DNA from: an uncultured Planctomycetota bacterium
GTDB taxonomy: Bacteria > Planctomycetota > Planctomycetia > Isosphaerales > Isosphaeraceae
Reading direction: 5' to 3'
DNA: 64,000 nt
Assembly (NCBI GenBank): GCA_963845755.1
Contig: CAWJTV010000034.1
Location: 1-64,000, forward strand
In this document: positions 57,720-64,000 of the stretch, piece after piece
Layout: each line of letters opens with the position of its first letter
Position numbering within the stretch: position 1 is the first letter of the stretch
The notes under the pieces: generated by a model
The model's input: only the letters and a program-made list of their open reading frames with translations
Database searches by the model: none
Told to the model about the DNA's origin: nothing
Translations under genes and position numbers: made by a program

Positions 57720-58805
57720 ATGACCGGCACCGCGCCCACCAGAGCCCGAATCGTCTCGCTCGATCAATTCCGCGGCTATACCGTCGCCGGCATGCTGCTG
57801 GTCAACTTCCTCGGCGGGTATCACGCGATCCCGGCCATCCTCAAACATCACAACACGTATTGCAGTTACGCAGACACGATCATGCCCCAGTTCTTTTTCG
57901 CGGTGGGCTTCGCCTACCGCCTCACGTTCCTCCGTCGGCTGGAGATCGAGGGAGCCTGGACCGCCTCCCGGGCCGTCCTGACGCGTTGCGCCGGGCTGAT
58001 CCTCCTGGGTTTCGTCATCTACCATATCGACGGCAAGGTCTCGACGTGGAATGAGTTGCAGCAGTTGAGCTGGGGCGATCTGGTGTCGCGCGCATTCCGC
58101 CGAGAGCTCTTTCAGACGCTGGTCCACATCGCCGTGACATCGCTCTGGGTCCTGCCGGTGATCGCCGCCGGGACGATTCCCCGCCTGATGTTCCTGCTCG
58201 CCTCGGCGGGCCTCCATTTGTGGCTGTCCTCCGTCTTCTATCACAACTGGGCCTGGGCGCCCCCCCGCGTGATCGATGGCGGCCCGCTCGGCTTCCTGAC
58301 CTGGACCATTCCGCTGCTCGTCGGCTCGATGGCCTATGACGCCATGGCCGGAACCGACAGCCTGAGGCTCCCCATCGGCAAACTCGTGCTCTGGTCCGGC
58401 CTCCTGATGCTAGCCGGCTACGCAATTGCATGCGCAGGGGGCCGTTGGGCATCGCCGCCGTTTGTCCCGCCCCCCGAAGGCCGGGCGGTCGATCTCTGGA
58501 CGATGTCCCAGCGCACCGGCAGCGTCTCGTACCTCACGTTCGCATCAGGTTTCTCGCTGGCAGTTTATGCCTTGTTCGTGGTGCTGTCCGACCGGGGCAG
58601 TTATCGGAGTGCAATCTTCCGAATCTACGGACAGAATGCACTGGCGGCATACATCCTTCATCCCATGGTGGCTGCTGCCGTCAAGCCGTATGTCCCCAAC
58701 GATGCTCCGCTCTGGTACGTCGCTGCGGGCTTTGGCCTCTACTTCGCCATCTGCACGCTGTTCATTCGCTACCTGGAACAGCACAAGATCTTTCTTCGGC
58801 TCTGA
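57720..58805 (+). CDS. Membrane acyltransferase, heparan-alpha-glucosaminide N-acetyltransferase-like
   Basis: RIVSLDQFRGYTVAGMLLVN, ADTIMPQFFFAVG, YGQNALAAYILH; multi-TM. Confidence 0.85.
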   Translation: MTGTAPTRARIVSLDQFRGYTVAGMLLVNFLGGYHAIPAILKHHNTYCSYADTIMPQFFFAVGFAYRLTFLRRLEIEGAWTASRAVLTRCAGLILLGFVIYHIDGKVSTWNELQQLSWGDLVSRAFRRELFQTLVHIAVTSLWVLPVIAAGTIPRLMFLLASAGLHLWLSSVFYHNWAWAPPRVIDGGPLGFLTWTIPLLVGSMAYDAMAGTDSLRLPIGKLVLWSGLLMLAGYAIACAGGRWASPPFVPPPEGRAVDLWTMSQRTGSVSYLTFASGFSLAVYALFVVLSDRGSYRSAIFRIYGQNALAAYILHPMVAAAVKPYVPNDAPLWYVAAGFGLYFAICTLFIRYLEQHKIFLRL

Positions 58806-58878
58806 GACCCGTGTGAGACGCCATCACGAGGTTCGGGAGGATGCTCACACAGGCCTTGAGCGGCCCCCCTCCGGCGGC

Positions 58879-60118
58879 TCACCAGAGCTCGTCCTCCAAC
58901 TCGTGGGGAGCTTCCTCCTGCATCGCCTCGGCCTGGAGGGCGAGCCGGCTTCGGAGGGTCTCCAGGGATTCCGGGAGCGTTCCTTCGGGGAACTGGCCGA
59001 GGACCTTGAGTCCCTGTATCGGCCGGTTCAGCTTTTGGATGAGGATCTGGGCGAGCTTCAGGCGGACGCGCGGTGAGGGCTCCGCCTGCTTGCTGACATA
59101 GTCGCGCATGACCAGAACGGCGTCGTCCCATCGGTCTTCTTCCAGCAGGGCTTCGATCAGGTCGCGGCAGTCGCGCTCCGTTGGCTGCCAGCCGGAGGCG
59201 GACCGACTCCACTTCCGGTAAACCGCCAGGGCCGCCTCCACCTCGCCAAGATCGAGATGCTGGCGCAACACCCGCAGAGCGCCCGGCCGATGGGTCCTCC
59301 ACCGATCGCACCGCCGATTTCCCCTTCTCGCCCCGTTTCTTGCGAGTCTTGGTCGGTGTTGCGTATTCGACCGCGACCGGACGACTCACCCGCCGCGCCC
59401 GCTTCGCCTGCTTCCGGGATTGTCCGGCCCGCTTCTCCAGCACGGCTAAGAGGTCCCAGTTCTCGCAATCGACCCGCTTGAACTTGAGGAACAGCACGCC
59501 CACCACGAAACCCAGGATCGCGCCGAAGGTGTGGTCCAGGGCGAGCGCCACGATGACGCCGGGCGATCGATCCGTGACGTTGGCCATGACGACGCCCGAC
59601 ATCCCCGAGGTGAGCACATCCATCACGATATAGAGCACCGCGAACCACAGGATCGACAGGTCGATCTCCATCGGGGTGAAACGCAACCACAGGATGCAAG
59701 TCACTTCATTCCGCGGCGCCCAGACCAGGCAGATTGCCAGGAGACCGAAAATCACCGTCGATGCACCCATCATCGCGATCGAATGCTCGCTCGGCACCAG
59801 GATCTGCATCGCGGCGCTCTCCGTGACGCCCAGGAACAAGTAGACGAGCGTGAAGACGATCCAACCGATCTTTCCCTCCACCACGAACCCGAAGGTCCAC
59901 AGGAAGACCATGTTGCCGGCCAGATGGAAGAACCCCGTGTGCATGAAGAGATTGGTGAGCCACTGGGCCGGATGTACCCCATCCCCGAGAACGAGTGCCC
60001 AGTCTTTATACGCGCCCGAGGGAAACAGGAAGAACGCCAGCACGTTGAGCACGATCAACGCGATCGTGGCCACCGGGCGGTGGTAGATCGGCGCATCAGT
60101 GCCCCAGGGGATGATCAT
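58879..60118 (-). CDS. Rhomboid intramembrane serine protease with C-terminal helical domain (frameshift ~59285)
   Basis: FMHTGFFHLAGNM, GAS catalytic motif, DHTFG. Confidence 0.88.
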
Positions 60119-60135
60119 CGCGACTCTCGGAAGGA

Positions 60136-60909
60136 TCACCAGTACTTATAGTCACCCGAGACGATCACGTAGATCCCCAGGGCGAGGTTGGCGACGACAT
60201 GACTCACCACGCAAGCGCTCAGCGACTTCGTTTGCCAGAGCAGCCACGCCCAGAGGAAGCCGGTCAAGAGGGCCGGCAGCCACTCGGGGTGGGCCAGGGC
60301 GAACAGCACCGACGACACGACCGCCGCCATCAGCGTGACGCGCCCGATCGGCACGCTCTGAAAATCCTGGTCGATCAGCCAGCGGATCAGGAACGAACGC
60401 CAGAAGAGTTCCTCGATCAGCGGGACCAGCACGGCGAGTCCCAGCATCCTGACCCCGATAAAGGCCCAGCGGAACCCGGTCGAGAGTTGGCGGGGGTCGA
60501 ACGCCGTGCGCTGGCCCATCCCGGGAATTGCGGGGTAATGGTCGTCGAGACCGACCCACAGCCCGATGACCAGCAACCCGGTAACCGTGGCCAGGCCAAG
60601 GCTCGGGAAACTCGGGAACGGCCGCAAGTCCTTCCAGGTTGCCCGATACCACCAGGCGGACGCCGCGACGAGTGCGACCTTCGCCGCATACGCCATCGGA
60701 TACCAGAAGGGACTTGGTTGCTTATCCACCTGGGGGAGATAGCCTTCCACACCGCTCAAGGTCACATAGGCGAAGATGGGTACCAGATAGGGGAGAATCG
60801 CCGGCAACTCCGCGATGGGCCGTTGTTTCGCCGGATTCTCGGACGGGGATTCACGGTCGGCTGTTCCTGAGGCGGCGCCGGGGATCGGAGATTCGTGCTC
60901 GCGATTCAT
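60136..60909 (-). CDS. CAAX prenyl protease-related (CPBP) membrane protein
   Basis: VPLIEELFWRSFL, LFALAH, VVSHVVAN. Confidence 0.88.
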   Translation of the reverse strand: MNREHESPIPGAASGTADRESPSENPAKQRPIAELPAILPYLVPIFAYVTLSGVEGYLPQVDKQPSPFWYPMAYAAKVALVAASAWWYRATWKDLRPFPSFPSLGLATVTGLLVIGLWVGLDDHYPAIPGMGQRTAFDPRQLSTGFRWAFIGVRMLGLAVLVPLIEELFWRSFLIRWLIDQDFQSVPIGRVTLMAAVVSSVLFALAHPEWLPALLTGFLWAWLLWQTKSLSACVVSHVVANLALGIYVIVSGDYKYW

Positions 60910-60923
60910 GGGACCCTCACTGG

Positions 60924-61595
60924 TCAACGGTTTTCGAAGAGACGCAGCAGTGCCGGGTCATCCAGGCGGGGAACGACTAGGACCGCGGTCGTCAGCCCTT
61001 CGGCAGGACTATGCTCGTGCGGGACGCCGACGGCGATGGCGCCGGCCCCGACTGCGGCGGCCAGCCCGGCGGGGCTGTCTTCCAGGACCAGCAGCGCGGC
61101 CGACGGCACGCCGAATCGTTCAGCGGCCAGCCGGTAGATCTCCGGATCCGGCTTGCCACGAGTCACATCCTCCGAAGCCAGCACGAATTCGAACCGATCC
61201 TTCAGCCCGTGGCGGGTCAGGAGCCGGTCCGCGTACGAATGGCTCGACGACGTGGCGACCGCCAGGGGTAGCCGATGCTGCCTCAGCCGATCGAGCAGGA
61301 CATACAACCCGGGCGTCGGATGCACGGCGGTATCCATCTCCGCGTAGAACCGATCCTTCACTTCGGCCTGAAGCCGCTCCACCGGCTCTTCCAGGCCGGT
61401 CATCGCCTTGAGGACGTGCGCGACTTCCGCCGACCGCCGGCCGATCAATGCCCGCATGATCTCGGGCGTGAATCGCTTTCCCCGCGACTCCAGCACTTCC
61501 GAGGAGACCCGAAAAAACAGGGCCTCCGTGTCGAACATCAACCCGTCCAGATCAAAGACCACAGCCCGAATCGTCATGCTGCTCCTCGACGACAT
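60924..61595 (-). CDS. HAD-superfamily phosphatase
   Basis: VVFDLDGLMFDTE, ATSS, GKPDPEIY, LEDSPAG. Confidence 0.92.
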   Translation of the reverse strand: MSSRSSMTIRAVVFDLDGLMFDTEALFFRVSSEVLESRGKRFTPEIMRALIGRRSAEVAHVLKAMTGLEEPVERLQAEVKDRFYAEMDTAVHPTPGLYVLLDRLRQHRLPLAVATSSSHSYADRLLTRHGLKDRFEFVLASEDVTRGKPDPEIYRLAAERFGVPSAALLVLEDSPAGLAAAVGAGAIAVGVPHEHSPAEGLTTAVLVVPRLDDPALLRLFENR

Positions 61596-62021
61596 GAATG
61601 CGAAGGCTCGGCTCCACTCGTTCTCGCCTCATCATGACAGAGTCTAGCAACTCGATGGCCATCATGCTCCTGTTTCCTCGTGGCTCGTAGGTCTGGAAAG
61701 TCTGACCTAACGCGGCCTTCGGCCGCACCCAAAGAGGGATTCCGGATTCGCGATTCCGGATTCCCGATGGGGAATGATCCGGGAATCCGGAATCGCGAAT
61801 CCGGAATTCGGAATCCCCAGAGGCGCGACGCGGCGAGGGATCCTACGGAGGACGAATCTAACGCGGCCTTCGGCCGCACCCAAAGAGGGATTCCCGATTC
61901 GCGATTCCGGATTTCCGATGGGGGATGATTCCGGAATCGGGAATCTCGAATCCGGAATTCGGAATCCCCAGAGGCGCGCACGGCGAAGGGATCCTCCGGG
62001 GGAGAACTCTAACGCGGCCTT

Positions 62022-63480
62022 GGAACGCCGACGAAATAACATCCCCATTTCAGGGTGCCAAACTGCTGTTCGCCATGAGAACCTAGGTAAGATAGGAAGA
62101 TCCAGGCTGTTCCTGGGGCGCGACCCGTCTGCCTCCCCGCGATGTCGGTTTTCGGAGGGCCCTTCTGGTCCCGGGGGGCGTGCGGTGGTATAGCGAGGAT
62201 TGTTCCGTATCTGGGTCTTTAGCCGGAGGCCAATCATGTCGCCTTATTCCCCGGACGTCGAGCGGACCATGAGAGCATTCTACCATTCCTTGCGCGAGAA
62301 TGATCGGCGACGGTATGCGGCGGTCGAGGCGGCCAAGTTGGGTCACGGCGGGGTCGAGTACATCGCCAAGGTCTTGGGCGTCGATCCCAAGACCATTCGT
62401 CACGGCCAGCGCGACCTCGAGGATCTCCCCGCCGAACCCGCTCCGCAGGTCCGCCAGCCCGGCGGGGGGCGGAGACGGCGGCTCGATCAAGACCCCGAGA
62501 TCACCAACAACTTCCACAAGGTCCTCCTCGATCGCACCGCCGGCAGCCCAACCGCGGAGTCCCTGATCTGGACCAACTTGACCAAGATCGAAATCGCAGG
62601 TGGCATGCGAGAGTGTGGAAGCTTTGTCAGTGTGCATATCGTCAGCCAACTGCTCGATCAGGAAGGTTTCCATGAACGCAAAGCCCTGCGCATGGAACCG
62701 CTGAGCCGCCACCCCGAGCGAGACCACCAATTCCAGACGATCGGCCGGCTCAAGGGGGAATACCTCGACTCCCCCACCCGGTCCTGAGCATGGACCTGAA
62801 ATCCCGAGAACGGCTCGGCAACTTCTTCCGCGCCGGCACGCTCCAGACGCGACAGACGATCCGGGTGTTCGACCACGACTTCGACGAGTTCGCCGAGGGA
62901 TTCGTGTTGCCCCACGGGATCTACGACCTCAAGCAGAATCGCGGATACATCCACCTAGGCACGAGTCATGATACCAGCGAATTCGCATGCGACTGCGTCA
63001 AGGACTGGTGGGACCGATTCGGCAACGCGGTCTACCCGCAGGCGACGTCGCTGCTGCTGCTCTGCGATGGCGGCGGGAGCAACCCGGCGGACAACGACCG
63101 CTACCAGCAGCACTTGTTCCGGGCCGACTTGCAACGCCTGGCCAACGACCTGGAGTTGGAGATCCGGGTGGCGCACTATCCGCCGTACGCCTCGAAGTTC
63201 AACCCGATCGAACATCGCCTGTTCCCCCACCTGACGCGGGTCTGCAAGGGCGTCATCCTGCACAACATCGACTGGGTCGCCGAACTGATGAGGAAAGCCA
63301 CGACGCGGACGGGCCTGACGGTTCAAGTTGACATCCTGGACAAGGTCTATCAACTCGGCCGAAAGGTCAGCGAAACCGCCAAGGATGCCGTGAAGCTGCT
63401 CCGGGACGCCATCCTGCCACGCTGGAACTACCGCATTTTACCCAATGTGTGAAGTCGGGAAGTTATTTCGTCGGTGTTCC
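62022..63480 (+). mobile_element. ISAzo13-family insertion sequence (1459 bp)
   Basis: TIRs ggaacgccgacgaaataacatccc / gggaagttatttcgtcggtgttcc (22/24 match); interrupts a repeat unit. Confidence 0.9.
62236..63452 (+). CDS. ISAzo13 (Rhodopirellula-type DDE) transposase, frameshift ~62775
   Basis: DRRRYAAVEAAKLGHGG, RQPGGGR, HPERDHQF, DHDF, PHGIYD, CDGGGSN, HYPPYASKFNPIEHRLF, WNY. Confidence 0.92.
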
Positions 63481-63714
63481 TCGGCCGCACCCAGGGAGGG
63501 ATTCCCGATTCGAGCCTCCGGTTACACGAGGGGGATGATTCCGGAATCGGGAATCTCGAATCCGGAATTCGGAATCCCCAGAGGCGCGGCACGGCGGCAG
63601 GGATCCCTACGGGGGAGAACTCTAAGGATTTCCCCCGCGCGGTATAAAAGTGAAACGAGAACTCCCATTTCCAGTCTCTACATCCTCAGAGCGAAACGTT
63701 CAGGGGAGCCAGCC

Positions 63715-64000
63715 ATGGCCAGCGGCGAGGTTGGGGTCGTTCTCAAGAGCATGGAAACCCTCTTCAGCGAGGGAACGGCCGTAGGGCTGACAGACGTCCA
63801 GTTGTTGGACCGGTATGTTGGGCCGAGCGATCACGGCGCCGAGGCGGCATTCACGGTCCTGGTGAAGCGGCACGGCCCGATGGTGCTTCGGCTCTGTCGG
63901 GGCGAGTTGAATGATATGCATGCGGCTGAGGATGCGTTCCAGGCCACGTTCTTGATCCTGGCGCGGAAGGCTCGCTCGATCCGCAAGGTCGAATCGCTGG
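63715..64000 (+). CDS. ECF sigma factor, N-terminal part (truncated by window end)
   Basis: Translated by hand: MASGEVGVV..LTDVQLLDRY..AEAAFTVLVKRHGPMVLRLCR..AEDAFQATFLILARKA; GGGGAG RBS. Confidence 0.9.
   Translation, partial: MASGEVGVVLKSMETLFSEGTAVGLTDVQLLDRYVGPSDHGAEAAFTVLVKRHGPMVLRLCRGELNDMHAAEDAFQATFLILARKARSIRKVESL

Larger units (their letters stand above)
61707..63625. repeat. Three tandem 151-bp palindromic units delimited by CTAA; third unit split by the IS
   Basis: Units start ctaacgcggcctt at 61707, 61858 and 62009. The third resumes tcggccgcaccc at 63481 and ends at CTAA 63622-63625. Internal gattccg/cggaatc heptamer-like inverted arrays. Confidence 0.9.

Noticed and set aside
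61707..62021. Possible CRISPR array
   Set aside because: Units are 151 bp and similar along their whole length, with no unique spacers and no cas genes.
62760..62795. Programmed frameshift in the ISAzo13 transposase
   Set aside because: No clear slippery heptamer, and the window has many similar indels; cannot be distinguished from error.

Overview
High-GC bacterial DNA with clear Planctomycetota (Isosphaeraceae-like) hallmarks: LExRxLL-type secretion leaders, a DUF1559 prepilin-like protein, and ECF sigma plus Ser/Thr kinase pairs. Single-base indels break many genes, including rpsA and cmk. These are best read as long-read assembly errors, so gene calls below are stitched across frames. 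1-16.7 kb is an accessory block: two paralogous TPR-tailed kinase genes flank a ~2800-aa RHS/YD secreted protein, an Rpn-like nuclease, an ECF sigma factor and a REP-flanked RAYT transposase, with several palindromic mini-elements. 17-38 kb holds a SpoIVB S55 protease operon, a DapA-like/DHODH-like pair and a ~3900-aa secreted subtilase/sedolisin-like protein. 38-61.6 kb is mostly core and metabolic genes (plsC, cmk, polX, rpe, a sigma-70 factor, rpsA, rhomboid, CAAX protease). It includes a tightly coupled operon headed by a divergent RuBisCO-like protein (KEDE motif) and interrupted by an inverted-repeat-flanked GxxExxY cassette. The window ends with an ISAzo13 element inserted into a 151-bp tandem repeat, then a truncated ECF sigma gene. 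The best candidates for undescribed biology are the RLP sugar-catabolic operon, the RHS protein with an internal glycine-zipper 'tip', and the GxxExxY and CTAA-delimited mini-elements. No rRNA, tRNA or CRISPR array was recognised.
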